From the NCBI GenBank assembly GCA_963751345.1, contig CAVVUS010000011.1, forward strand, positions 224,001 through 288,000: a DNA stretch of 64,000 nucleotides. The letters are read 5' to 3'. Each line of letters starts with the position of its first letter. The first letter of the stretch is position 1. Both the position numbers and the translations under genes were made by a program. The DNA comes from an uncultured Chloroflexia bacterium. GTDB taxonomy: Bacteria > Chloroflexota > Anaerolineae > B4-G1 > SLSP01. Positions 1 to 8,923 of the stretch are shown here, piece by piece. The notes below the pieces were generated by a model. That model was not told the origin of the DNA. It ran no database searches and worked only from the letters and a program-made list of their open reading frames with translations.

Positions 1-612
1 CAGGACCCGCGCCGGGCCACCATTATGCGGTATCGCCCGGATGGGACCGACGAGACGATCTATGCCACCGGCCTCCGGAATGCGGTCGGCATTACATTCC
101 GGCCGGGAACTGACGAGCTTTGGGCCACGAATAACGGTCGTGACAACCTGGGCGACGACCAGCCTCCGGAGACGATCTACATTGTTCATCAAGGGGACAA
201 CGCCGGCTGGCCGAGCTGTCACGCCGGACGCATCATCGATCCGCAGTATGGCAGTCCGGGCGCCTGCGATGGCGTGGCGATTCCGGTCGTCGAGATGCAG
301 GCTCATTCTGCCCCGTTGGGCCTGCGCTTCTACACCGGCACGCAGTTCCCGGAAGCCTACCGCGGCAACCTCTTTGTCGCGTTCCACGGCTCCTGGAACC
401 GCACCGTGCCCACCGGGTACAAGGTGGTTCGAATCCCCGTGGACGGGAGTACGGTTGGCCCCGTGATGGACTTCGCCACCGGTTGGCTGGAGGGCAACGG
501 CACGCGTTGGGGGCGCCCTGTCGACGTGGTCACGGCGACAGATGGCAGCCTGCTGATATCGGACGACGAGGGAGGGCGCATCTTCCGCGTCTTCTATATG
601 AATCCAGAATGA
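1..612 (+). CDS. PQQ-dependent sugar/L-sorbosone dehydrogenase family beta-propeller (5' partial)
   Basis: Motifs YATGLRNAVG, LWATNNGRD, AHSAPLGLRFY, FHGSWNR, GRPVDV and SDD. The frame is open from the window start. Confidence 0.85.
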   Translation, partial: QDPRRATIMRYRPDGTDETIYATGLRNAVGITFRPGTDELWATNNGRDNLGDDQPPETIYIVHQGDNAGWPSCHAGRIIDPQYGSPGACDGVAIPVVEMQAHSAPLGLRFYTGTQFPEAYRGNLFVAFHGSWNRTVPTGYKVVRIPVDGSTVGPVMDFATGWLEGNGTRWGRPVDVVTATDGSLLISDDEGGRIFRVFYMNPE

Positions 613-732
613 GGAATCAAGGAATAGAGAATCGGAGAATCAAAGAATAGAGAATCGAAGAACAGCGGGGCGCAGTCGCGATCCGCTGTTCTCTATTCAC
701 CATTCTGCGATTCTTCGATTCTCCATTCCTTT
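600..732. repeat. GAAT-periodic (7-8 nt) tandem repeat forming a long imperfect inverted repeat
   Basis: Nine GAAT/GAAC units (600-666), a GC-rich loop, then six ATTC/GTTC units on the complementary arm. Confidence 0.8.
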
Positions 733-740
733 GGTATAAT
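732..740 (+). promoter_or_regulatory. Extended -10 promoter for cvpA-mutS2
   Basis: TGGTATAAT about 45 nt upstream of an AGGAGG RBS and the ATG at 785. Confidence 0.6.
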
Positions 741-784
741 CGGCGATGTCGGGCCCACCTTACGAGAGCCCCTAGGAGGCATCC

Positions 785-1321
785 ATGACGTCCTATGACT
801 GGCTGCTGATCTTTCTGGGAATTGGCCTGCTGGTCCTGTTCACCTTCGACCGAACGATTCGGACGCTCTTCACGCTCATGGCGCTCTGGGTCGCGACGTT
901 GGCGAGTGCCGCCGTCTACCGAGTGGCCGCCTTTCGGCTCCAGGCAGTCACGGGGCCTAACGTGGAGCTGGCTCGTGGTGTGGTCTTTGACGTACTTCTC
1001 GTGATTTTTCTGGTCGTCTTCTATGTCCTGACGCGGGTAGCCTTTCCGGTGACGAAGCTCCCGAAGCTTGGGTTGCTGGATAATCTACTGGGGCTGCTTG
1101 TGGGTGTGGTGGTCGCCGTGGTGTTGGTGTCTTTGTTGGTCAACAGTATGGGCGTCATGGTGATGGAACGCTGGGTGACACACGAGCAAGGGTGGGCAAA
1201 TCTGCGGGCCGCGTTTCTGGGCTCAGGGCTCCGACCGTATACGACGCGGGTCCTGGGCGCATACGACTGGTTGTTTGTCCCGTTCTTCCAGGGTTTGCCG
1301 CCCGTACTCTACCCACAGTAA
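785..1321 (+). CDS. cvpA: CvpA (colicin V production) family membrane protein
   Basis: About 4 TM helices, N-terminal 'D-W-L-L-I', 'LDNLLGLLVG' motif, and position directly upstream of mutS2. Confidence 0.65.
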   Translation: MTSYDWLLIFLGIGLLVLFTFDRTIRTLFTLMALWVATLASAAVYRVAAFRLQAVTGPNVELARGVVFDVLLVIFLVVFYVLTRVAFPVTKLPKLGLLDNLLGLLVGVVVAVVLVSLLVNSMGVMVMERWVTHEQGWANLRAAFLGSGLRPYTTRVLGAYDWLFVPFFQGLPPVLYPQ

Positions 1322-1335
1322 CCATTGGGGTGTTG

Positions 1336-3741
1336 ATGAACCGTCATTGGGAGAAACTTGAATTCCCGGAGATCCTGCGCCGACTGGCGCGTCACACGGA
1401 TTTCTCCGGTGGAGAGGCACAGGCGCTCTCCCTGCAGCCATCCTTCTTCATCAGGGAGGCCGAAGAGCTCCTCGCCCGGACCAGCGAGGCACGGGCTCTG
1501 CTGGACGCCCATCCGGACTTTGCCCTTGGCGGCATCTCGGATATCCGCCCAATGGCCGTGCGTGCCCAGCATGGCATCGTGCTGCAACCGACCGAGTTCC
1601 TTGAGGTGCGGAGCACCCTGATGGGCGCCGACCGCGTGCACCGCACTCTGGTGCGGCTGGAGACTCAGTTCCCCAACCTTGCCGACATCGCGGGGCGCAT
1701 CCAGTCGTTGCCTGGGGTCTCTGATGCCATCACGCGGGTGTTGGACGACCGGGGTGAGGTGCGCGACAGCGCCTCGGAGGAGCTGTCGCGGATCCGGCGG
1801 GACCTCCGCGTCACCCAGGACCGGGTTCAGGAGCGACTCCGCAGAATCGTGGCGTCCCCTGAGGTCGCCCCGTACCTGCAGGAGGCCCTGATTACGCGGC
1901 GTGAGGGGCGGTTCGTCATCCCGGTCCAGGCGGACTTCAAGGGACACGTGCACGGCATCGTTCACGATCGCTCGTCGAGCGGCGCCACGCTCTTCATGGA
2001 GCCTACCCAGGTCGTGGAACTGAACAACGCCCTGCGCGAACTGCGGTTGGCGGAGGAAGAGGAGATCATCAGGCTCCTGCGTGCGCTTGCTGCCCGGGTG
2101 GGGCAGGTGGCGGAGGAGATCAACCATACGCTGGACGCTTTGGCCGAGCTTGATCTTGTGATGGCCAAGGCCCGGTATGCCGGCTCGCTTCTCGCGACGG
2201 CGCCCAAGCTGGTCCCGGTCGCCAAGACACCGCCTGATCCCGAGGGTGATAACCTCTATCCGGGCACCGTGGTCCGCCTCAAGGGCGCCCGCCATCCGCT
2301 TATCGACCCGGCCTCGGTGGTGCCTGTCGATATCGATGTCTTCGAGGATACGCACGTGATCGTCATCACCGGCCCTAACACCGGTGGCAAGACCGTCTCG
2401 CTGAAGACCGTGGGGCTGCTGACGCTGATGGCCCTCTCCGGCATGCACATTCCTGTGGATGAGGGGTCGGAGCTTTCCTGCTTCGACGCAATCTATGCTG
2501 ACATCGGCGACGAGCAGTCCATCGAGCAGAGCCTGTCCACGTTCTCGTCGCACCTGAACAACATCCTCTCGTTTCTGGAGGACGTGGATCACCGTTCGCT
2601 CGTGCTCCTCGATGAGCTGGGTGCCGGGACCGATCCGGCCGAGGGGTCGGCGCTGGCCCGGGCGCTGCTGGAGGCCTTTCGCCAGCGGCGAAGTACGGTC
2701 TTCGTCGCGACCCACTATCCGGAACTGAAGCTGTATGCCCACAACACGCCGGGCGTGCGAAACGCATCGATGGAATTCGATGTCGAGACGCTGGCCCCGA
2801 CCTATAGGCTGACGATCGGGCTGCCTGGGCGGTCCAATGCCTTCGCCATCGCTCAGCGGCTGGGCATGCCCGCTTCCATCGTCAAGCAAGCCCAGGGCAT
2901 GATCTCGGGCAGCGAGCTTCGCGCGGAGGATATGCTCAGCGACCTGCACAATCTGCGGATCCAGGAGGTCGTCCACCGCGACGAGGCCCGCAAGGCTCGA
3001 CGCGAGGCTGAGTCCATGCGGCAGGAGCTGCGGGAGCGCCTCTCCCAGATCGAGCGGGAGCGACGTCAGATCCTGCAGCAGGCGGAGGACCAGGTGGACG
3101 CCGAGGTCGACGAGCTGCGCAGCGAACTCCGCGCCCTGCGAACGAAGATGATGCTCACCCCGCTCAGCAGCGGGACGCCCGCCCTGGACGAGGTTGAGGA
3201 AGAGCTCGAACAGATCGACGCCAAGGTCTCGTCTCCCGGGCCCCTGGTGGAGGATCTGGTCGCATCCGTCGAGGTCGAGCCGGACCGGGAGATCCGGGAA
3301 GGAGATACGGTCAAGCTCCTCTCCGTAGGCATCGAGGGAATCGTGCTGGGTCTGGGCGACGGTGAGGTCACGGTGCAGGCGGGCTCGATCCGGACGCGTG
3401 TGCCGCGGTCGGATGTTGCACTCGTGACGCAGATACCGGCGCCCGAGAGGGCGTCCTCCGGCATCTCGACCCCGTCGCGCCCGGCGTCGCCCGGCATCCA
3501 GATCGATCTGCGCGGGCAGACGGTCGAGGAAGCGCTTCATCGCCTGGACCGATACGTCGACGAGGCTGCGATGGCGGCCTTACCGTGGGTGAGGATCATC
3601 CACGGTAAGGGCACGGGGACGTTGCGTCGTGAGGTCAGGCGCTACGTAGCGAGTCATCCGCTGGTTGCCTCGTATGACATCGCCCCGCAGAACGAGGGCG
3701 GAGAGGGCGCGACGATCGTCCATCTCGTGACATCGCGATGA
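1336..3741 (+). CDS. mutS2: Endonuclease MutS2
   Basis: LEFPEI N-terminus, GIVHDRSSSGATLFMEP, Walker A TGPNTGGKT, DELGAGTDP, THY and a C-terminal Smr domain (IIHGKGTG). Start set at MNRHW (1336). Confidence 0.95.
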   Translation: MNRHWEKLEFPEILRRLARHTDFSGGEAQALSLQPSFFIREAEELLARTSEARALLDAHPDFALGGISDIRPMAVRAQHGIVLQPTEFLEVRSTLMGADRVHRTLVRLETQFPNLADIAGRIQSLPGVSDAITRVLDDRGEVRDSASEELSRIRRDLRVTQDRVQERLRRIVASPEVAPYLQEALITRREGRFVIPVQADFKGHVHGIVHDRSSSGATLFMEPTQVVELNNALRELRLAEEEEIIRLLRALAARVGQVAEEINHTLDALAELDLVMAKARYAGSLLATAPKLVPVAKTPPDPEGDNLYPGTVVRLKGARHPLIDPASVVPVDIDVFEDTHVIVITGPNTGGKTVSLKTVGLLTLMALSGMHIPVDEGSELSCFDAIYADIGDEQSIEQSLSTFSSHLNNILSFLEDVDHRSLVLLDELGAGTDPAEGSALARALLEAFRQRRSTVFVATHYPELKLYAHNTPGVRNASMEFDVETLAPTYRLTIGLPGRSNAFAIAQRLGMPASIVKQAQGMISGSELRAEDMLSDLHNLRIQEVVHRDEARKARREAESMRQELRERLSQIERERRQILQQAEDQVDAEVDELRSELRALRTKMMLTPLSSGTPALDEVEEELEQIDAKVSSPGPLVEDLVASVEVEPDREIREGDTVKLLSVGIEGIVLGLGDGEVTVQAGSIRTRVPRSDVALVTQIPAPERASSGISTPSRPASPGIQIDLRGQTVEEALHRLDRYVDEAAMAALPWVRIIHGKGTGTLRREVRRYVASHPLVASYDIAPQNEGGEGATIVHLVTSR

Positions 3742-3762
3742 TGGCCTGACGCACAGATGCAA

Positions 3763-3800
3763 AGAGAGGCCTGGCTTCCCGATGGGGGCCAGGCCTCTCT
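3763..3800. terminator. Hairpin between convergent mutS2 and fmdB (probable bidirectional terminator)
   Basis: AGAGAGGCCTGGC...GCCAGGCCTCTCT, a 13-bp stem. Confidence 0.65.
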
Positions 3801-3831
3801 ATACGATGAATGTGATACGCTGGATGTAACC

Positions 3832-4158
3832 CTACTTCTTGTTCTTGTCGTTCTTGCTATCCCCGCCGGATTCCGAAGCAGACGACGTGGTTGTGGTACT
3901 CTTGGGGGCATCGCTTTCGCTCTTATGCGCCGAACTCTCAGCCTCGTCTTTCCGGTTGCCGGGAATGGCCGTCGACGACTTCGAGCGATGATCTGTCACG
4001 TAGAAGCCCGAGCCCTTGAAGATAATGCCGGCAGGCTGTATCAGTCGCACGACAGGGCCCGAGCAATCCGGGCAGGTCTTCACCGGTTCCTCGCTGAAGC
4101 TCTGACGTCTTTCAAACCTCAACCCGCACTCTTGGCATTGATATTCATATAGTGGCAT
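3832..4158 (-). CDS. FmdB family zinc-ribbon regulatory protein
   Basis: MPLYEYQCQECG...CPDCSG...IFKGSGFYVTD. It has its own GGAGG RBS. The ORF track fuses it to UDG only because of a frameshift. Confidence 0.9.
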   Translation of the reverse strand: MPLYEYQCQECGLRFERRQSFSEEPVKTCPDCSGPVVRLIQPAGIIFKGSGFYVTDHRSKSSTAIPGNRKDEAESSAHKSESDAPKSTTTTSSASESGGDSKNDKNKK

Positions 4159-4184
4159 GCCGATTACCTCCCAGAGACTAACCG

Positions 4185-4914
4185 CTATATTATAAGCCCA
4201 TTGCCTGGGTTGGCAAGGTTTCGAGCGCTCATTCTCAGAGAGGCGCGCGCCTGCACGAAAATCGCGTCGAACATCTCCAGCGTCAGGCGACCCGTCTGGG
4301 TGTTCTGCCGGCTGGGATGGTAAGAGACGATCAGCCGCGGCAGCGAGTCGGGCAGCGCCACACTGAGACCGTGCGCGAAAGACCGGTTTCGGCACCTCGT
4401 AGCCCTGCTGGCTGAGCAGGCGCAGATAGCCGTCAAAGGCGACCTTGCCCAGGACCACCACCGTCTCCAGATTAGTGAGCAGGGCCAGCTCCCTGACCAG
4501 GAACGGGCGGCAGGCCACCAACTCCTCGGTCGTGGGCCGGTTATTGGGCGGGGCACACCGGCCGACCGCTGTGATGAAGGCGTCATGGAGCCGGAGGTCG
4601 TCGTCGCGCCGCTCCGAGGTGGGCTGACTGGCAAATCCCGTGCGGTAAAGCGCGCCGAAGAGCGTCTCGCCGGAGCTATCGCCGGTGAACATCCTTCCCG
4701 TCCGGTTGGAGCCGTGCGCCCCGGGGGCCAGCCCCAGGATGAGCAGCCGCGCATCGTGGTCGCCAAAGCCGGGCACCGGCTTGCCCCAGTACGTCCAATC
4801 CAGATATGCACGCCGCTTGGTCTTGGCGACCTCTTCCCGCCACGCCACTAATCGCGGACAGAGCCGACAGGCCACGATCTCATCGTTCAATGCGTCCCAG
4901 GTATCATCAGTCAA
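4185..4914 (-). CDS. Uracil-DNA glycosylase family 5 (UdgB-like, Fe-S), frameshift near 4380
   Basis: CRLCPRL, GLAPGAHGSNRTGRMFTGD and RCAPPNNRP in one frame; YHPSRQNTQTGRLT in the adjacent frame. The exact 3' end is uncertain. Confidence 0.85.
4189..4216 (-). promoter_or_regulatory. sigma70-type promoter for fmdB
   Basis: TTGCCA-N16-TATAAT on the minus strand. Confidence 0.6.
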
Positions 4915-6149
4915 TCGATATCCTCCAGCAGCTTGTCGATCACGTGATGGGCCTCGTCGTACCGCAGAAAGGCACGCTCGGCCTTCCGAAAGGCGGGTGT
5001 ATGCGCGCGCCGCCGGCCCTTGACGACGTGCGTCCCCAGGGATTTGTGAAGCAGTTCGTGATACATCACCAGGTCCAGCCCGTAGTCGGGCACTTCAGCA
5101 TCGTCGAGCGTGATGCTGACCACAATGGTGTCTGTCGACTCATTATAGTGGGCGAGCTTCCTATGGGTGCGTGTGCGGTTCCAGGCTAGGTGCGGACGGG
5201 GCATCGCCCCGTGGAAATATGCTGCATTGACGCGATCGAACGCCGCGTCGAGGTCGTGATGCAGACCCTTGGCGTTCTCCGACGTCGACGGGGCCGGACC
5301 GAGGGTCGCCGTGAGAGCCTCGTGGATGGAGGAGAATGCCTCACTGCCGGCATAGGTTCTGATCCGCTTCCGGTCAGCCTCGTTCGCCCTCTGGTCGAGG
5401 AAGAGCCGCACGAGGGTATCGAGGATGCCGTTCGGCGCGACGATGAACCCCTCATCGATCGTGATCTGGCGCGAGGTGCTGCTGGCCTTTACCTGATACA
5501 GCTTCGACGTCAGCGCGATCTGCACCTGCAGCGCGTGGGACATGCCTCCCCGGACACGCCTGGCAGGTAGGCGTCGCTGGGTCTCCTGTGTCACATAGCG
5601 CAGTGTTCGGAGATGCTGTAGAAGGTTCTCCGGGTCGCTGAGAAAACGCATCCATTGGTAGGCGCGCCGGGATTGAATCGGCAGGTCCGAAGGTGAGGCG
5701 TCGCCTTCCTCGCAGAGCGAGGCAACGCCATCTGCATCGGCCCGCAGCCGCTCGCTGAGTGTTCGCACCTCGGGACTCTCCGCATTGAAGTCGGCCCTCG
5801 ACTCGGCAACCAGCGCGGCGAACTTCTCATGGAAATCATGACATGCCGACACCAGCCCTGAGAGCCGGAAGGGCTCTACGTCGGGTTCCGTTCCACCTTT
5901 GCGCTCCGGCAGCTTCGAGAGATCCAGGTCGCGCAGATAGATGTAGGCACGCCGCGAGGGGGCCGGTAGCTGTTCCGGCGTGGTCTGATACTCAGCGCAC
6001 ATCGCCTCGACTCGCCGCACGGCGCGGCGAACCGCCGCACGGAACGATGCATGCTCTGCCTTTGGAATGCCACCACGCAATTCATCGCGCACGCCGTTCA
6101 TGAGCTTGACTAGCCCGGAAATGCGAAGCTCTCCCTCATCGTTCGTCAT
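4911..6149 (-). CDS. SprT/YgjP-like zinc metallopeptidase with a duplicated N-terminal domain
   Basis: C-terminal DLDAAFDRVNAAYF...MYHELLH...HTPAFRKAE. Two N-terminal repeats end in LP..SRRAY. Confidence 0.75.
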   Translation of the reverse strand: MTNDEGELRISGLVKLMNGVRDELRGGIPKAEHASFRAAVRRAVRRVEAMCAEYQTTPEQLPAPSRRAYIYLRDLDLSKLPERKGGTEPDVEPFRLSGLVSACHDFHEKFAALVAESRADFNAESPEVRTLSERLRADADGVASLCEEGDASPSDLPIQSRRAYQWMRFLSDPENLLQHLRTLRYVTQETQRRLPARRVRGGMSHALQVQIALTSKLYQVKASSTSRQITIDEGFIVAPNGILDTLVRLFLDQRANEADRKRIRTYAGSEAFSSIHEALTATLGPAPSTSENAKGLHHDLDAAFDRVNAAYFHGAMPRPHLAWNRTRTHRKLAHYNESTDTIVVSITLDDAEVPDYGLDLVMYHELLHKSLGTHVVKGRRRAHTPAFRKAERAFLRYDEAHHVIDKLLEDID

Positions 6150-6210
6150 GGAGTTACTCTAGCATGACAGTCGCCTTGGGGCAACCTTCCCGGGACCGAC
6201 ACATCGGTGG

Positions 6211-6777
6211 CTACAACCGCAGGTCGGCGGCAATACCCAGATTGCGGCGGCACTGTCGGATGGCATCCTCCAGTGACCCATCTGTGTCGACCACGAGGTG
6301 TGGCAGGTCCAGAGGGTCGGCTTCGGCCTTGAGCCTGAGGTAGAGGGTCGCGTCTCGGTTCGCAGCACTGTGGGCTTCCTCGGCTCTGTCCTGCGCCAGG
6401 CGGCGCAGCGCAGTAGCGTCGGCGCAACGGCACTCAATGAAGACAAGGCGCTCCTCTTTCGTCGGTACCCCCATCTCGGCTGCAGCCTGAACGACTCTCT
6501 CCACGTGACTGCGACGCGTGAACGTGCGACCGTCGAGGATGACGACCCGCCGCGGGACCCGCCGGAGCAGGAACGCTGCTGTTTGGAGCATAATCTCGAC
6601 GCAGAGGTCGTCCTGTTCGGCGGAATACTCAATGGCCTCCGGGGGAAAGAGAGCTGCACGGATCTCGTCCTTGTCGAGCACGATAGCATCGATGCCGGCG
6701 CCCCTCAGGTCGGCCGATAGCGCCCGCGCCAGCGTGCTCTTGCCCGTAGCGGGTAGACCCGCCATAGCGATTAGCAT
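6211..6777 (-). CDS. AAA_33-type P-loop kinase
   Basis: GLPATGKST Walker A, DKDEIRAALF, VILDGRTF. Confidence 0.8.
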   Translation of the reverse strand: MLIAMAGLPATGKSTLARALSADLRGAGIDAIVLDKDEIRAALFPPEAIEYSAEQDDLCVEIMLQTAAFLLRRVPRRVVILDGRTFTRRSHVERVVQAAAEMGVPTKEERLVFIECRCADATALRRLAQDRAEEAHSAANRDATLYLRLKAEADPLDLPHLVVDTDGSLEDAIRQCRRNLGIAADLRL

Positions 6778-6795
6778 AGGACGAAGGGCGAGGCT

Positions 6796-8118
6796 CTAGA
6801 ACATACCCGTCCGTACGGCATCCGAGAGCAGGGCCCGGAAGCACGTGGGGTCGCACCCCGGCAGCGCCATGGCTGCCCTGTCCAGCCGGCCAAGTCGAAG
6901 GTACGCGAGAACCTCTTCTTCGAGCGCTACAGCCCGTACGACGGTGCCCTCGAGTTCGACGCTGTCGCACGTATGTGAAAATGAGGGAGCCCAATGGCCC
7001 CCGGTCTCGCGCTCCAGGTCTGCCATCACGTCGACATGCACGCCATCGACGTCAAAGACACCGTAATGAGACCGGACGCCGTCTCCCTTTCGCCAGGCCA
7101 CGGGCATCACCGCCCGGTCGGAGAAAAGCCCCTGGAAACGGTAGGCGGCCTCCTGGGACATCTCCAGATCGAGATCCGGTACGCTGACCGGGATCCCGTG
7201 CAGTGCCAGCGCCGCACTGCCGACCACCTTGTAGTCGATGTCCTGGGCATCCAGGGTCTGGGCAAGCTTCCGCAACGTCGCTCGCCATTGGGGACGCCGG
7301 CAGACTGCGAGAAGGTGCATGGCGCCTCCGTGGGTTGTGGGATCCTGGCCGATCTCGTAGTTCACATCAACCCAGAACTCCCAATCCTTGCCCGTGAGGG
7401 CGTTTAGTTTTTCCTCGCGACCTGCAGCGAGGCCCTCCACCGCCACCACAGAGATGACCTCCAGGCCCACGCTGCGGCAGAGCGGTCGGACCTCAGCCGG
7501 ATGGGCCTCATACGCGACAAATGTGACGCTGCCATCAGCGCTGGGCGGGACAATGCCGGTAGCCGCGGCCAGATGGTAGTCCTCCGAATCCTCTGGAGCT
7601 TGTTCGGGGTAGTTGGCTATGGCGTCGATGTGCGCAGCATAGCGGGAGATGAAGGCGACGAAGAGCGGGCCCCCCGGCTTGAGAACCCGATACGCCTCCG
7701 CCAGAGCCGCGGTGCGTGCCTCTAGTTCCAGTAGGTGGTAGAGCGGCCCCATCAGTAGGACGGCATCGAAATTCTCATCAGGATATCGCGAGAGATCGGT
7801 CGCGGTCCCTAGGTCGAATCCCGATGGGGTCACTCCGGCCTCGGCCGAACGTGCTCGCGCTATCGAGAGCTGATCCGGGGACAAATCGAAGAGCGTAACG
7901 TCGTAGCCCTGCTCAGCCAGTGTTATTGCGTACCGGCCGGGGCCGCTGCCGCAGTCCAGCACGCGGGCCGGTGGCTGCGGCAGGTGTTCCTGCAGTGCGC
8001 GGAGCGTCACCGCAAACTCGGAGCGGTGGCGCTCCATACGCAGCCACTCCCTCTCAGGGTGGGTCGCATAGAGCGCCCGGATGGCGGGTTCGATGGCGTG
8101 ATACGTCTCGTCGCTCAT
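6796..8118 (-). CDS. Class I SAM-dependent methyltransferase fused to a C-terminal nucleotidyltransferase-like domain
   Basis: VLDCGSGPGRY, LLMGPLYHL, LKPGG; then VVGSAALALHG...PDLDL (GS...DxD). Start at MSDET (8118). Confidence 0.75.
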   Translation of the reverse strand: MSDETYHAIEPAIRALYATHPEREWLRMERHRSEFAVTLRALQEHLPQPPARVLDCGSGPGRYAITLAEQGYDVTLFDLSPDQLSIARARSAEAGVTPSGFDLGTATDLSRYPDENFDAVLLMGPLYHLLELEARTAALAEAYRVLKPGGPLFVAFISRYAAHIDAIANYPEQAPEDSEDYHLAAATGIVPPSADGSVTFVAYEAHPAEVRPLCRSVGLEVISVVAVEGLAAGREEKLNALTGKDWEFWVDVNYEIGQDPTTHGGAMHLLAVCRRPQWRATLRKLAQTLDAQDIDYKVVGSAALALHGIPVSVPDLDLEMSQEAAYRFQGLFSDRAVMPVAWRKGDGVRSHYGVFDVDGVHVDVMADLERETGGHWAPSFSHTCDSVELEGTVVRAVALEEEVLAYLRLGRLDRAAMALPGCDPTCFRALLSDAVRTGMF

Positions 8119-8140
8119 CGCGTCCGGGGAGGCGCCGGCT

Positions 8141-8653
8141 CTACCAGTGGTCGTACTTGACGATTGCCGACAGCTCTTTCCGCCGCTTCGGACCCGGCTG
8201 GCTATCAGGATAGCCAAGCGGCGTGACGATCATGGGGGTTACCCCTCGCGGGAGCTTGAACACATCCTGCGCTGCCTCCGGATCGAATGCCGCAATCCAA
8301 CAGGTCCCCAGGCCCAGCGACGTTGCCGCCAGCACGATATGGTCCATCACGATGGCCGCGTCGACATCGACATAGCTCTTGCCGTCGTGGTTCCGCATCC
8401 AGGCTTCGGCCTGAACGCCGCATACGCATAACACGATGGGTGCCTCGACAAACCACTGCCGCCCGTAGATCTGCAGGAGTTCCTCCCGATGCCCCTCGGT
8501 TCGGACCACGAGAATGCGGAACGGTTGCCGGTTGGCTGCGGTGGGTGCGAGACGGGCCGCCTCCAGGACGGCCTGAAGCTTCTCATCCTCGACGGGGTCG
8601 GATTTGTAGGCGCGCACACTGTAGCGACTCTGCACTAACTCAAGGAAATCCAT
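8141..8653 (-). CDS. Nitroreductase family protein
   Basis: RYSVRAY, ARLAPTAANRQP, GLGTCWI, LGYP. AGGAGG RBS before MDFLE. Confidence 0.9.
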   Translation of the reverse strand: MDFLELVQSRYSVRAYKSDPVEDEKLQAVLEAARLAPTAANRQPFRILVVRTEGHREELLQIYGRQWFVEAPIVLCVCGVQAEAWMRNHDGKSYVDVDAAIVMDHIVLAATSLGLGTCWIAAFDPEAAQDVFKLPRGVTPMIVTPLGYPDSQPGPKRRKELSAIVKYDHW

Positions 8654-8823
8654 CGAATCCTCCTGTTCGGCTGGATGAAGGTGCTGCTTTACACCGATCA
8701 TTCTTCTTCAGGGTCGTCGCCGCTGTCATCTGATTCTGTGCCGGACCACAGGGTTTGTCAAATCGGCGAGCGCTCGTTGCCTCCAGGCATACCGCGGGCG
8801 TCCCGCGCACAGTCCGCCGCTGC

Positions 8824-8851
8824 TTGACGAAACAATCATAGTCCGTAAAAT
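8824..8851 (+). promoter_or_regulatory. sigma70-type promoter for the ABC exporter pair
   Basis: TTGACG-N16-TAAAAT. Confidence 0.55.
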
Positions 8852-8923
8852 GCGTAGGCTGTGGGGCCGGCGCCATTCGGGGGCCGGGCAAGATGTGGGA
8901 GGTATCGTGGGCAGGGAGTGACG

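Noticed and set aside
600-732. Possible CRISPR array
   Set aside because: The units are 7-8 nt with no unique spacers, and there are no cas genes.
1309-3540. Long antisense ORFs (743 aa here; also 24968-26242, 34803-35945 and others)
   Set aside because: Shadow ORFs caused by high-GC codon bias opposite well-supported genes.
3832-4914. Apparent UDG-FmdB fusion (360-aa ORF)
   Set aside because: An artefact of the UDG frameshift. FmdB has its own promoter and RBS, and the UDG C-terminal motif is in another frame.
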